DNA of 64,000 nucleotides from positions 10,934 to 74,933 of the forward strand of contig DJRM01000046.1 of the NCBI GenBank assembly GCA_002440085.1. Reading direction: 5' to 3'. The notes beneath the pieces are model-generated. The model searched no databases, was not told the origin of the DNA, and worked only from the letters and a program-made list of their open reading frames with translations. The DNA comes from Bacteroidales bacterium UBA6360 (GTDB lineage: Bacteria; Bacteroidota; Bacteroidia; Bacteroidales; UBA932). Within the stretch, counting starts at the first letter, position 1. Every line of letters starts with the position of its first letter. Below, in pieces: positions 26,675 through 36,982 of this stretch. Both the position numbers and the translations under genes were made by a program.

Positions 26675-29600
26675 ATGAGAAGATTTATATTCAACATATT
26701 GATTTTTACGGCGTTCGCATTCGTCTCATGCGTCAAGGAAGATTTCTGCGAAGAGGGCGGGCTCACCGGAGGCGAAAGCTGGGTTCTGCTCGACTTCGGC
26801 GCGCAGGAGAGCAGGGAAATCGTGACCCGGGCGACCGTGAGCAAGAGGAACGAAAGCCAGATTTACAATTTCTACATCTTCGGATTCGACAGCAGGGGCT
26901 CGAAAATCACCGGTCTGTATTTCGACACGTCCAATCAGAAGACATCAAAGTCTGAAGTGGAGAATGCCACCGGGAACTGCTGGTATGTCAGCAACGCTGC
27001 CTCGGACGACGGCACGACTTCCGGGACTGTACGTTTCAAGACCTCAAACGGAGAGGGACTCAAGTTCTACATGATCACGAACCTCGATGCCGACATGGTG
27101 CGCATATCCTCCGACCTGCTCGCACACAACATCCACACAGAAAGCGACCTGCAAGGTTTCAACGTCTATCTGAACCAGAGAATCGTCAACAGGAACGGCT
27201 ATTTTCAAATGACAGGAAAGCTTTCCGACGTGAAGGTCAACGGCAGCCTCAACAGCACTACACCAGAACTGACGAAAATCAACGGAACGATGAGCCTTCG
27301 CAGAGTCGACGCGAAAATACGCTTCATTTTCAAGACAGGAAGTCGCCCGGACGAGAACGGGCAGGTCATCAAGTCATTCGAGGCAAAGCAGTGGAAAGTG
27401 GTGAACGTGCCGCGCACCGCCTATCTTTTGGGATATGGCCAGAGGGGAATCGCGACCTCGGCAGGAGCGGACTTCGTGTCCGTGGATCCGGCCGTCGCGC
27501 CGTCCGAATATTCAGAATACGCAAAGGATTTCTTCGACACGGAATTCGTGAACTTCGAGGAATTCCCGAGCAGCACGCAATCGGAGTTCTCCTTCTATAT
27601 GCTTGAAAACCGGCAGGTTCCAAAGAAGGCTCCGAAGTCTTGGCAGGACCGCAGCCGCAGCGTCAAGACGGCAGAGGGGAAAAACGGGGCCTGCGACGTG
27701 TCGTATGTGCTCAACGGCGTTCCGTATGAAAGGAGCATGAGGCTTTATGAATATGCGAACGACTTCTCGACCTATGTCGTGGTGACAGGCCGCGTGGAGA
27801 TGGATCTGGTGAATGACAAGGCCGGTCAGGTGCTCGGAGGAGACGTGCAGTACATCATCCACCTCGGCAACTGGAGCGCGGACATTGACAACAGCGAGGG
27901 AAACATGGGTGACGGGAAGGACAGTTATGCCGGATTTGACAACTTCAACACGGAGAGAAACACCTCCTACACCTACACAGTGACCGTCAACGGCGTGAAC
28001 AGCATACGAGTCGAGGTGGAGAGCAGCCAGAGCGGAGACTCGTCAGACGTGGTGGAAAAACAGCCGGGAGCAAGCGGAGCCATCACCATCGCGAAGGAGG
28101 ACATCATACTCTGCGACAGCCACTACATATCCAAGACCATTAATTTCCGGCTGACGAACTTCTTCGAGGGAAAAACCTTTGACAAGGACCATTGCATAGT
28201 CGACCGGCTGACATGGAGCGCCAAGACCCCGTTCGGAGAAGGTGAGCCATACAAAAAGGACGGGATGGACATCCCTGACGGACTTGATTATCAGTGGGTT
28301 CATTTCCGTCTCAACAAAAAGGACAGTGACGGAAACTTCAGTACACGACGCAGGAAGTTCTGCAACAGGACATTCGAGACAAAAGGCGTGCTCCAAAGCG
28401 CATCGGACAACAAGGAAGGAGACGGCAGCGATGGACTTGCAGGCTACCATAACGACGGAATAATGAACATCAGCCAGCTCGTGGACTACATCGGCTCGCA
28501 GGTCGACAAGTACCTTGAGTCTCCTGATGCCAGCGAGTTCGACCACCGCGACTCCCCTTCGGAGGCAAAGCTCACATTCACAGTGTTCATCGACGAGTAC
28601 TACTACGAAAAGAATCCTATAACCAATGAAATGAGTTCGGATTTGTGGAAGAGATTTGTCAACGCCGAAGACCGCAAGCTCCACATTCTGTGCAGTTCCG
28701 ACACAAGTCTTGACGGGGAATCGCGGAGCACCGGGTCTGTCATTACCATCCAGCAGCACGCCATCCAGAGCATCTACAACACGGATCCGTCCTACACGGA
28801 CCTCCAGACGGCATGGGGCACGGAAACAAAGGATGAGTTTGAAGGATTCAGCACGTATTGGAGTTCTACCGCAAGCCAAAGCCGCGGAAACACAGACAAC
28901 AACAACGGGCTCTACAACACCTGCAAGGAATGGGGGCTGAGTTCCGGCAGCAGCACTACGTTCAACTCCGTGCAGAAATGGGAGAACTATATGCAGTTTG
29001 AGGTGGATAACGACATGCCGCAGCTTTCGTCCGGCTACTCCTACCTCCGCTACTCCTGCATGAACCGCAACCGGGACAACAACGGAGACGGGGTCATCGA
29101 CAGGGACGAGGTGCGCTGGTACATGGCATCGGTCAACCAGCTCATAGGCATAGTGGTCGGGAAGGGACTTCTGAGCAGCGCGACGCAGCTGTACAACAGG
29201 ACTCCGGAGCAGCAGAAAAGTGACAAAGACGAAGACTGGCTCCAGCACGTCATATCCAGCACCTGCTTTGGAAGCGACAGCAACGATCCGACTATGCTCT
29301 GGGCGGAGGAAGCCCTCTCTACAAGCCGGACAAATATCGACTGGCAGCATATCAAAAAAGCCTCGGTGCGCTGTGTCAGGAACCTCGGCTACGTTGACGG
29401 CAACGCAGACGAGACCTACAGCATAGACAAGATGCCGCAGGACTATATCCAGATGGAAAAGCTCTCAAACGGCAACTACCTCTTCACGACGACCCACCTG
29501 AACAGTCAGGCTCTGCGCTACTACACCTCCCGTGAACTGACCTACGCGGACGAGCTCTCGGTGGAGAACCGTCTCTACAAGAAATTCGAGGTCTATAAAA

Positions 29601-29938
29601 GCAAGAGTTCGGTCTCCACGACAAGATTTTCCGGATATAACAAGAGCGTCACGGAAAGCGTGGCAAATGGCAACGGAAACCCCTACTGTCCGGAAGGCTA
29701 CAGGACTCCGAGCCAGGTGGAGCTGTGCATCATGAGATACTATATGGGGAACGACGGACCTGGCTCAGGTTCGGTTTCACGTACGAAATGGTCTTTCGGC
29801 CAGGAGGGCGACAAGAACAAGGGGACATCAGTGCTCGGCGCGACAAAAATCGGATTCATGCAGAACGGTGACAACATCACCGTAACTGACGCCGACGTGA
29901 CATCAGTACGCTGCGTCCGTGACATCCGTGTCAACTGA
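26675..29938 (+). CDS. Large pilus tip adhesin-like lipoprotein
   Basis: FVS-CVKE lipobox, TRA, LRRVDAKI, FSFYMLEN and ERNTSYTYTVTVNGV pilin motifs. The C-terminal half has two VRCVR motifs and CPEGYRTPSQVEL (C-type-lectin/FGE-like signature). Last gene of the operon. Confidence 0.75.
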   Translation: MRRFIFNILIFTAFAFVSCVKEDFCEEGGLTGGESWVLLDFGAQESREIVTRATVSKRNESQIYNFYIFGFDSRGSKITGLYFDTSNQKTSKSEVENATGNCWYVSNAASDDGTTSGTVRFKTSNGEGLKFYMITNLDADMVRISSDLLAHNIHTESDLQGFNVYLNQRIVNRNGYFQMTGKLSDVKVNGSLNSTTPELTKINGTMSLRRVDAKIRFIFKTGSRPDENGQVIKSFEAKQWKVVNVPRTAYLLGYGQRGIATSAGADFVSVDPAVAPSEYSEYAKDFFDTEFVNFEEFPSSTQSEFSFYMLENRQVPKKAPKSWQDRSRSVKTAEGKNGACDVSYVLNGVPYERSMRLYEYANDFSTYVVVTGRVEMDLVNDKAGQVLGGDVQYIIHLGNWSADIDNSEGNMGDGKDSYAGFDNFNTERNTSYTYTVTVNGVNSIRVEVESSQSGDSSDVVEKQPGASGAITIAKEDIILCDSHYISKTINFRLTNFFEGKTFDKDHCIVDRLTWSAKTPFGEGEPYKKDGMDIPDGLDYQWVHFRLNKKDSDGNFSTRRRKFCNRTFETKGVLQSASDNKEGDGSDGLAGYHNDGIMNISQLVDYIGSQVDKYLESPDASEFDHRDSPSEAKLTFTVFIDEYYYEKNPITNEMSSDLWKRFVNAEDRKLHILCSSDTSLDGESRSTGSVITIQQHAIQSIYNTDPSYTDLQTAWGTETKDEFEGFSTYWSSTASQSRGNTDNNNGLYNTCKEWGLSSGSSTTFNSVQKWENYMQFEVDNDMPQLSSGYSYLRYSCMNRNRDNNGDGVIDRDEVRWYMASVNQLIGIVVGKGLLSSATQLYNRTPEQQKSDKDEDWLQHVISSTCFGSDSNDPTMLWAEEALSTSRTNIDWQHIKKASVRCVRNLGYVDGNADETYSIDKMPQDYIQMEKLSNGNYLFTTTHLNSQALRYYTSRELTYADELSVENRLYKKFEVYKSKSSVSTTRFSGYNKSVTESVANGNGNPYCPEGYRTPSQVELCIMRYYMGNDGPGSGSVSRTKWSFGQEGDKNKGTSVLGATKIGFMQNGDNITVTDADVTSVRCVRDIRVN

Positions 29939-29993
29939 ATAATTCTTAGTAAGATTTGTGAAGGATATAGACCAAAAAGACGAACAAATCCCG

Positions 29994-31163
29994 TCATTCG
30001 ACCCGCATGGTTCGGGAAGGATCGATGCGGGAAATGAACATCGACGGAAGAAGGAGCAGAAGCATTATGACGGCAAAGGAAATCACGTCAGCCATGAGAA
30101 TCTGAAGCCAGTCTATATGAATCGGGACAAACGGGACAAAGTAGTTCTCGGGACTGAGTTTCAGAATATGAGTGTACTTCTGAACAAGACAGAGCCCTAT
30201 GGCGAGAGCATTGCCGACTGCCATGCCCTTGCCGACAAGCGCGGCGGAGCTCCGGAGAAATATCGCCGCAATCCCCCTGTCCTTCATTCCGAGAGCCTTC
30301 AGCAGCCCGATGGTCGGGATATGCTCGAACATGAGTATCAGCAGCCCTGAAATCATGTTGAATCCGGCCACTATCGTCATAAGCACCAGCACCACAAGCA
30401 CATTGAAGTCGATGAGATTCAACCAGTCGAACAGCTGCGGAAAACTCTGCACCACCGAGTTCACGATAACAGTCGGCTCATCCTCAGAAGAGTGCGAGAA
30501 CACCTCCGCACCTATGTCAATTGCGGCCTGCCGTATGCCCTCTTCGCTGCGGGAACTTTCTTTCAGCGACACCTCAAGGGCAGAGACCTCGCTCCCCTTC
30601 CAGCCGTTAATCCGGCGCATTGTCTGCAGGTCTGTATAGACAATCAGTTTGTCCTCGGAAGAGAGAATCCCGTCATAGAGCGATTCCACCCTGAACTTTC
30701 GAGCCACGACTTTCTCCCCGACAAAATAGGCCAGGATGTCATCCCCAACGTCAATTTTCAGGATAGACGCGAGCTGCGACGGCACAGAGACTGACAGCGC
30801 CAACGAATCGGCCTTCCGGTAATCTTCCACGCCCTTGAAAAGCACCCCGTGAATGAGTTCTCCCTCCTTGACGATTCCCGCACGGAGGATTGTTCCCCTG
30901 ACGGATTTCACGCAGTCAAGTCCCTTGACAGCCGGAAGGAATGCCGGCTCGGAAGGAATCGGCTCGGACTCCCCCATATAGTTCTGATTCAGAGGCGTGA
31001 GAGTCACGTCGCCGCAAAACTCGCTCAGCCCGTTCCGTATTTCATGTCTGAAACCGGACGACACAGCCACCGCCACAATCATCACAAGGAAACTGACGGC
31101 CACGCAAACCGAAGCCATCTTTCCACGAAACCTGATGCGGCGAGATATGAATCCACTGACCAT
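29994..31163 (-). CDS. LolC/LolE-like ABC transporter permease
   Basis: FPQLFDWL, VAGFNMISGLLIL, IGLLKALG and ENYFVPFVP; the ATG at 31163 lies just after a TAACTTTG motif. Confidence 0.88.
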   Translation of the reverse strand: MVSGFISRRIRFRGKMASVCVAVSFLVMIVAVAVSSGFRHEIRNGLSEFCGDVTLTPLNQNYMGESEPIPSEPAFLPAVKGLDCVKSVRGTILRAGIVKEGELIHGVLFKGVEDYRKADSLALSVSVPSQLASILKIDVGDDILAYFVGEKVVARKFRVESLYDGILSSEDKLIVYTDLQTMRRINGWKGSEVSALEVSLKESSRSEEGIRQAAIDIGAEVFSHSSEDEPTVIVNSVVQSFPQLFDWLNLIDFNVLVVLVLMTIVAGFNMISGLLILMFEHIPTIGLLKALGMKDRGIAAIFLRSSAALVGKGMAVGNALAIGLCLVQKYTHILKLSPENYFVPFVPIHIDWLQILMADVISFAVIMLLLLLPSMFISRIDPSRTMRVE

Positions 31164-31222
31164 AGACGGCAAAGTTACGAAAAAAGAATGAAGCGCGTCC
31201 GGTTTTAGAAGCTGTTTCTACC

Positions 31223-31948
31223 CTATTGGGCGACAAAGCGGTAGGTGATTTCACCGACCTGGTTTGCCGGAGCGGTGGAAGAGGCGCTGAAACGAGAGGT
31301 CCTGGCAGCCCGGACTGCCGCCTTGCGCAGGCATTCATCGGGGCTTGAAACTGCCTCAACGACCTTCGCCACGACGACGATGCCGCTGTTGTTGACCCTT
31401 ATCAGCACTGTCACATCCCCTCCGTTGTAGCATTTGTAGGCAGGCACCGGAAGCGTGCTGGCCTTGCGCCCGTCAAGCGTCCAGCTGAGCACCGACGGTC
31501 CTGAATACTGCCGGCTTTCCGCAGGGCTTTCCTCCCGCTGCCTTGTCCCGCTGATGTCCACGGTCTCGTCCCGAGCATCCTCCCTGCGCGAATCCAGCCC
31601 CTTAAGATCCCGCTGCAGACGCTCGTTTTCCCGGTAAAGCTCCTCGGCATCCGTGTTGCGGTCGTCCTTCAGAGGGGCGCTACGGTCAACGGTGACGTTG
31701 CGCACCGGCGTACCGGGCGAGACATCTGCACCTATGAGTTCGTCAAGCCTCCTGCTGATGCTTTCCTTGAAATCGGCTTCCTTTTCCTGCCTCTCGGCCT
31801 CCTCCTGTCTGGAAAAATCCATCAGAAAACTCGTGTCACCCTTCAACTGCGAGCCAATCTGCACTGCCAACAAAACAATAATCACCGTGAGATGAAATAT
31901 CACGGTGATATACAACCCTGCCCTGTCTTCAGAATTAATCCGTCGCAT
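31223..31948 (-). CDS. TonB-like energy transducer (C-terminal TonB domain)
   Basis: N-terminal TM segment with His (VIFHL); C-terminal P.Y.C...G.V.V.I.VN..G.V and Q.GEITYRF. Confidence 0.75.
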   Translation of the reverse strand: MRRINSEDRAGLYITVIFHLTVIIVLLAVQIGSQLKGDTSFLMDFSRQEEAERQEKEADFKESISRRLDELIGADVSPGTPVRNVTVDRSAPLKDDRNTDAEELYRENERLQRDLKGLDSRREDARDETVDISGTRQREESPAESRQYSGPSVLSWTLDGRKASTLPVPAYKCYNGGDVTVLIRVNNSGIVVVAKVVEAVSSPDECLRKAAVRAARTSRFSASSTAPANQVGEITYRFVAQ

Positions 31949-31960
31949 GGCAGGAATCCT

Positions 31961-32578
31961 TTAATGGGCTGAATTGAGGGACTTCTCGATAGTAGCAGCA
32001 ATCACGTCGATTGCCACCTTGTTGTGACCGCCCTGCGGGATAATCACGTCAGCGTACCTCTTGCTCGGCTCAATGAACTGCAGGAACATTGGCTTCACGG
32101 TGCGTGAATAGCGCTGTATCACGGTCTCCACTGTCTTCCCGCGTTCGATGATGTCACGCGCCATCACGCGCATCAGCCTGTCGTCATCGTCCGCATCGAC
32201 AAAAATCTTGATGTCCATCTGGTTACGGAGCTCGGCGCAGCAGAAAATAAGGATGCCTTCCACGATTATGACCTCCGCCGGATTGACAGTGATGGTCTCG
32301 GTCTTGCTGCGAGAGCAGGTGATGTAGGAATATACCGGCTGCTCGATGGACTTTCCGGCCTTCAGGTCCTTCAGATGCTGAATCAGCAGTTCGAAGTCGA
32401 TTGAATCCGGATGGTCGAAGTTCACTTTCTGCCTTTCCTCCATCGGGAGATGACTGGAATCCTTGTAATAGGAGTCCTGCGGGATGACGACAACCCTTTC
32501 CTTCAACTGGTCAGTAAGCGCCTTCACTACAGTTGTCTTTCCTGAACCGGATCCTCCGGCAATTCCGATTATCAGCAT
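31961..32578 (-). CDS. udk: Uridine kinase
   Basis: IAGGSGSGKTT, NFDHP and FIEPSKRYAD. Confidence 0.96.
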   Translation of the reverse strand: MLIIGIAGGSGSGKTTVVKALTDQLKERVVVIPQDSYYKDSSHLPMEERQKVNFDHPDSIDFELLIQHLKDLKAGKSIEQPVYSYITCSRSKTETITVNPAEVIIVEGILIFCCAELRNQMDIKIFVDADDDDRLMRVMARDIIERGKTVETVIQRYSRTVKPMFLQFIEPSKRYADVIIPQGGHNKVAIDVIAATIEKSLNSAH

Positions 32579-32633
32579 TATTCGTTCCCCTTATCTTTCA
32601 ATTAATCTTTTCTATATTTCGGACTTGCGATGC

Positions 32634-34028
32634 CTAATATTCGGCGTTCTTCGGAGTTCTCGGGAATGGAATCACATCCCTGATATTTGCCATGCCTGTC
32701 ACGAAAAGGAGCAGTCTCTCGAAACCGAGCCCGAATCCGCTGTGAGGGGCGGAACCGAAACGGCGCGTATCAAGATACCATTCGAGCGACTCGCGGCTCA
32801 TTCCGAGCTCGTCTATGCGCGCATTGAGTTTCTCAAGCGACGACTCCCTTTCCGACCCGCCGATGATTTCGCCAATCTTCGGGAAGAGCACATCCATTCC
32901 TCGAACGGTCTTCCCGTCCTCGTTCTGCTTCATATAGAACGCCTTGATGTCCTTCGGATAGTCTGTAAGGATGACCGGCCGGCCGAAATGTTTCTCGACG
33001 AGATACCTCTCGTGCTCCGACTGCAAATCCACGCCCCAATAGACAGGGAACTCGAACTTCTCACCGGACTCTTCAAGAATCTTTATGCCATCAGTGTAGG
33101 TCAGACGCACGAAATCCGTCTTAACGACATTCTGCAGCCGCTCGATAAGTTCCTTGTCGTACATATCGTTCAGGAACTTCAGGTCGTCCATGCAATGGTC
33201 GAGGGCATAGCGGATGAGCGACTTGATGAAGTCCTCGGCCAAATCCATATTGTCGTTCACGTCATAGAACGCCATTTCCGGCTCAATCATCCAAAACTCC
33301 GCAAGGTGGCGCGGCGTGTTGGAGTTCTCGGCGCGGAACGTCGGGCCGAAGGTGTAGATTTCCCCGAGAGCCATCGCTCCGAGCTCGCCCTCAAGCTGTC
33401 CGCTCACGGTGAGACTGGTATGGCGTCCGAAGAAGTCCTGGCTGTAGTCCACCTTTCCCTCCTTTGTGCGCGGAGGGTTCTCCATGTCGAGGGTCGTCAC
33501 CTGGAACATCTGCCCCGCCCCCTCGCAGTCGGAGGCAGTGATGAGCGGAGTGTGGAGATAGACGAATCCCCTGCTGTTAAAGTAGTTATGAATGGCATAT
33601 GCCATCGCGTGACGTATTCTCAGAACCGCTCCGAAAGTGTTGGTTCTCGGACGGAGATGCGCAATCTCGCGGAGGAACTCAAGTGAATGCCCCTTCTTCT
33701 GGAGCGGGTAGGTCTCTGGATCCGCCTCGCCGTAAAGTTCAATCTCCTTCGCCTGAATCTCGACGGCCTGGCCGCTTCCAAGCGAAGCGACAAGCTCGCC
33801 TGTCACGCCAATGCACGCGCCTGTCGTAATCCTCTTGAGGAGATTCTCGTCAAAGGCCGCGAGGTCAACGACAATCTGGATATTATTTATCGTCGAGCCG
33901 TCATTAAGAGCGATGAAGTTTATTTTCTTGTTTCCTCTCTTTGTCCTGACCCATCCCTTTGCCAGAACGGTTTTGCCCGGCTCGCCAGCGAGCAGGTCCC
34001 TGACTTTGGTTCTGATGATTTTTTCCAT
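32634..34028 (-). CDS. asnS: Asparagine--tRNA ligase
   Basis: [31 protein letters not shown] and GFGLGFER. Confidence 0.97.
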   Translation of the reverse strand: MEKIIRTKVRDLLAGEPGKTVLAKGWVRTKRGNKKINFIALNDGSTINNIQIVVDLAAFDENLLKRITTGACIGVTGELVASLGSGQAVEIQAKEIELYGEADPETYPLQKKGHSLEFLREIAHLRPRTNTFGAVLRIRHAMAYAIHNYFNSRGFVYLHTPLITASDCEGAGQMFQVTTLDMENPPRTKEGKVDYSQDFFGRHTSLTVSGQLEGELGAMALGEIYTFGPTFRAENSNTPRHLAEFWMIEPEMAFYDVNDNMDLAEDFIKSLIRYALDHCMDDLKFLNDMYDKELIERLQNVVKTDFVRLTYTDGIKILEESGEKFEFPVYWGVDLQSEHERYLVEKHFGRPVILTDYPKDIKAFYMKQNEDGKTVRGMDVLFPKIGEIIGGSERESSLEKLNARIDELGMSRESLEWYLDTRRFGSAPHSGFGLGFERLLLFVTGMANIRDVIPFPRTPKNAEY

Positions 34029-34089
34029 TTCAGTAAGTATTATGTCCGGCCATTTCGCGGTCCGGCTAAAAATCTTACAAAGATACTAA

Positions 34090-34127
34090 GCAGTCTCCTC
34101 TTTTTCAAAAAAAAGAGAGACTGTTTT
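34090..34127. terminator. Hairpin terminator downstream of the alkaline phosphatase gene
   Basis: CAGTCTCCTCTTTTT...AAAAAGAGAGACTG inverted repeat. Confidence 0.5.
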
Positions 34128-34162
34128 GACTTTTTATCATCAGCCTCTCCCTTTGTCCCGCG

Positions 34163-35401
34163 TCATTTTGCCGAACAGAGTATCCTTTCCTTAATCCGCG
34201 AGTTCTCGTAAAATCCGGTAAACTTCTCCGCATTCTTTCCTATCGCATAAATCGGAACCGGACACCCGGTGTGTGAATGCGCAGCCCAGCCGACGTGTCC
34301 CCTTTCGTTGAGAGCCTGATTTTCAGCTTCCGGAAGATCCTCATGAGATACTTTCCAGCGGCTGTCAAAGACGTCCCATCTTGTCTTGTAGCCCTTCACG
34401 CCAAAGGCGAGGCCGCCGGTCTCATGATCTGAGGTAACAAGTATAAGCGTTTCGTCCGGATGCCTGAGATAGAACTCGTATGCCTCTGCCACGGCCTCGT
34501 CAAGAAGCTTGACGCTCTCAATCGCGCGCATAGTGCTGTTCCGGTGCGATGCCCAGTCAACATAGCCCTGTTCGCACATGATGAAGAACGGTTTGTCCTC
34601 ATCGAACACGGAAAGGCAGGCCCTAATCAGATCCGGAGCCTGCATCCCCTCCCCTGACATGCTGAGATCATAGTTCTTGTTCTTGTCCGCGGCATCGAAG
34701 TCCATCGTATCCTCAGGATACACAGGAAGGAGAACCTTGGTTCTGGCCGTAGACTTCGCCAGAGCATCAAGGCCGAAGCATACCTGTGTACTGCCGTCAG
34801 CCTCGATGAGTTTCACAATATCCTCCTTGTCATGTTTCTTGCCGTAACGGTCTATAAGTTCCGAGCCTCCCAGGAAATCAAAGCCGCAGGAAGAAATTTC
34901 CCGTGCTATCTCGTAATACTGGCTTCGTCTGTCAACATGAGCATAGAAAGCCGCCGGAGTCGCATGGTTCACAGGTCCGTCAGACATGATTCCCACCTGA
35001 TAGCCGGCGTCCTTCAGATCGTATGTGACTGCGCGCAGCGGAGAGCCGTCCACGGCGGTTCCGATACGCCCGCTGTCCGTCTTCTGCCCACAGGCAATTG
35101 CAGTGCCCGCAGCGCCGGAATCAGTCACGCCGCTGTTGTGGCAGTATGTCCTGGTGAGTCCAACGACGGGAAACTGCGTGAAGGTGAGGTAGCCTCCGCC
35201 ATAGCATGAGTCCTGATAGGCAAGAAACGAATCGGTCGCGGCCGCATGGGCAAGTCCCATTCCGTCACCTATGAAAAGGAACACATACTTTGGAGTCGAT
35301 TCGCCTTTCTGTTTCTTCAGAGAGACCACCGTAGCGACCGTAGCCGCCGCAACCAGGACAGTCGCGATTATTATTGATACCTTTCTTTTATTCATTGTCA
35401 T
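34163..35401 (-). CDS. Alkaline phosphatase (PhoA family)
   Basis: FIGDGMG, VTDSGAAGTA (catalytic Ser), HATPA, DWASH and TSDHETGG. Confidence 0.92.
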   Translation of the reverse strand: MTMNKRKVSIIIATVLVAAATVATVVSLKKQKGESTPKYVFLFIGDGMGLAHAAATDSFLAYQDSCYGGGYLTFTQFPVVGLTRTYCHNSGVTDSGAAGTAIACGQKTDSGRIGTAVDGSPLRAVTYDLKDAGYQVGIMSDGPVNHATPAAFYAHVDRRSQYYEIAREISSCGFDFLGGSELIDRYGKKHDKEDIVKLIEADGSTQVCFGLDALAKSTARTKVLLPVYPEDTMDFDAADKNKNYDLSMSGEGMQAPDLIRACLSVFDEDKPFFIMCEQGYVDWASHRNSTMRAIESVKLLDEAVAEAYEFYLRHPDETLILVTSDHETGGLAFGVKGYKTRWDVFDSRWKVSHEDLPEAENQALNERGHVGWAAHSHTGCPVPIYAIGKNAEKFTGFYENSRIKERILCSAK

Positions 35402-35474
35402 GTTTCTTATCAAAGAAAAAGAGGTGCTCCAACAGAATCTCCACCGGAACACCCCATTTCTAATCATTGCAGGG

Positions 35475-35942
35475 TTATTTTTCAGCCTTTCTCGCCGAAT
35501 ACATGATCTTCAGCGCGGAGCATCTTCTGAGCTCCTGCTTCACATCTGTGACAATACCCATCGTCGTGTTTTCGTCAGCCCTGATGGCGACCGTCATGAA
35601 AGCCCTGTCAGCCTCGCTCTTGGAGTCACGCTCCGACGCGATGAAGTCACGGATGTCATCAACGGTCTTGAAAGAATCGTTAAGCTGGATTCGTGAGTCT
35701 GTTCCGAACTGTGACTGGAGGTGCTTGACCGGCGTTCCTATATTAATGTAGGATGCAAGGTCCTTTCTCTCAAGTTTCACGACCTCGGAAGCCTCCGGGA
35801 GTTTCACGATGACCTTGTTCTCCGTCTTGCGGAGGTTGGTAGTCACCATGAAGAAGAACAGGAACATGAACACAATGTCGGAAGTTGATGAAGTGCTCGC
35901 CATAGGGGTCGACTTCTTTCCGTCTTTTCTGAATTTTGACAT
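35475..35942 (-). CDS. exbD: Biopolymer transport protein ExbD
   Basis: SDIVFMFLFFFMVTT and AD..TTMGIVTDVK.ELR. Confidence 0.88.
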   Translation of the reverse strand: MSKFRKDGKKSTPMASTSSTSDIVFMFLFFFMVTTNLRKTENKVIVKLPEASEVVKLERKDLASYINIGTPVKHLQSQFGTDSRIQLNDSFKTVDDIRDFIASERDSKSEADRAFMTVAIRADENTTMGIVTDVKQELRRCSALKIMYSARKAEK

Positions 35943-35955
35943 ATCCTAAATCCTC

Positions 35956-36534
35956 CTATCTTTTTGAAACATCCTTAGGCTCGGCCTCGGAAATCTTCTG
36001 CGGAACGGCGTCACGCACGATTTTCTGCTGCTCTTCGGTGAGCCTGTCATAAGGCTTGCCGTAGTTCGCACGCGCGAAGTCGTCACGAATCTCGTTGATA
36101 GCCTTAACCAACTCATTCTGAACGGCGATGTAAGCCTGGTAGCTTGTGCCTCGGTCGTTCTGAAGAGAAATCACACCTTCGGAAACCGGATATTCACCAT
36201 ATCCCTCGATGTCCTTGATTTTCTTCTCCGGCAACTTGGGGTCGTCGGTCGGGTTGGTAAGGAATTCCTTGATCTTGTCTTTCAGCTGGCTGACTTCCAT
36301 CGCTTCATTTCCGGCGAAGAGCCTGTCAGCGGAGTTGATCTTCACAATGATGATATTGCGTCGATTGACCTTCTGATCCTCTGCCTTCTGGTCTTCTGTC
36401 GGCATCGGCGGAAGACGGCGCTGCAAGCCTGAATCCTGATTCATCGTAGTGGTCATCAGGAAGTAGCACAGCAGCAGGAACGCGATGTCCGCCGTGGAGC
36501 TTGAATTTATTTCTGGAGTCTTTTTGCTGCCCAT
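35956..36534 (-). CDS. exbD: Biopolymer transport protein ExbD
   Basis: EINSSSTADIAFLLL and DRGTSYQAYIAVQNEL. Confidence 0.88.
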   Translation of the reverse strand: MGSKKTPEINSSSTADIAFLLLCYFLMTTTMNQDSGLQRRLPPMPTEDQKAEDQKVNRRNIIIVKINSADRLFAGNEAMEVSQLKDKIKEFLTNPTDDPKLPEKKIKDIEGYGEYPVSEGVISLQNDRGTSYQAYIAVQNELVKAINEIRDDFARANYGKPYDRLTEEQQKIVRDAVPQKISEAEPKDVSKR

Positions 36535-36542
36535 AGTTGTAA

Positions 36543-36971
36543 TTATTTATTACGTACTGCGTCCATCACTACACCGACGAGGATTGAAACAATCGCAGCC
36601 CCGCACGCGAAGTATGTGATATTAAGAATTGTGTCGGTCAGCTTGAGCATACCGGCAGATGTCTGCACGGACGAACCTACAGCCGGAGTTCCCGGCGCCA
36701 ACAGATACGCTACGCCAACGATTGCGACCACAACCACAGCACCGATACCCAACTTGATGAGCGACTTCGGATTCTGCTTGACCGAGAAGTAGAGTCCGAG
36801 TCCGAGAACGGCGATGATTGCGACAACAACCAGAGCATACGCGCAGTAAATCAGGATATCCGTTGCAACTCCGTCGGCAGTCGTAAATCCGTATGCGTAA
36901 CCGAACACGGCAAGGACGACACCGATTGCAAGGAGAACCCACTCTATTGCCTTAATTACTTTTGCGTACAT
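36543..36971 (-). CDS. Membrane protein of the exbB-x-exbD-exbD cluster
   Basis: Four hydrophobic segments; located between exbB and exbD. Confidence 0.75.
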   Translation of the reverse strand: MYAKVIKAIEWVLLAIGVVLAVFGYAYGFTTADGVATDILIYCAYALVVVAIIAVLGLGLYFSVKQNPKSLIKLGIGAVVVVAIVGVAYLLAPGTPAVGSSVQTSAGMLKLTDTILNITYFACGAAIVSILVGVVMDAVRNK

Positions 36972-36982
36972 TTTGTTCCGAT

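Noticed and set aside
26675..29990. Complete diversity-generating retroelement
   Set aside because: There is no reverse transcriptase, accessory gene or visible template repeat in the window.
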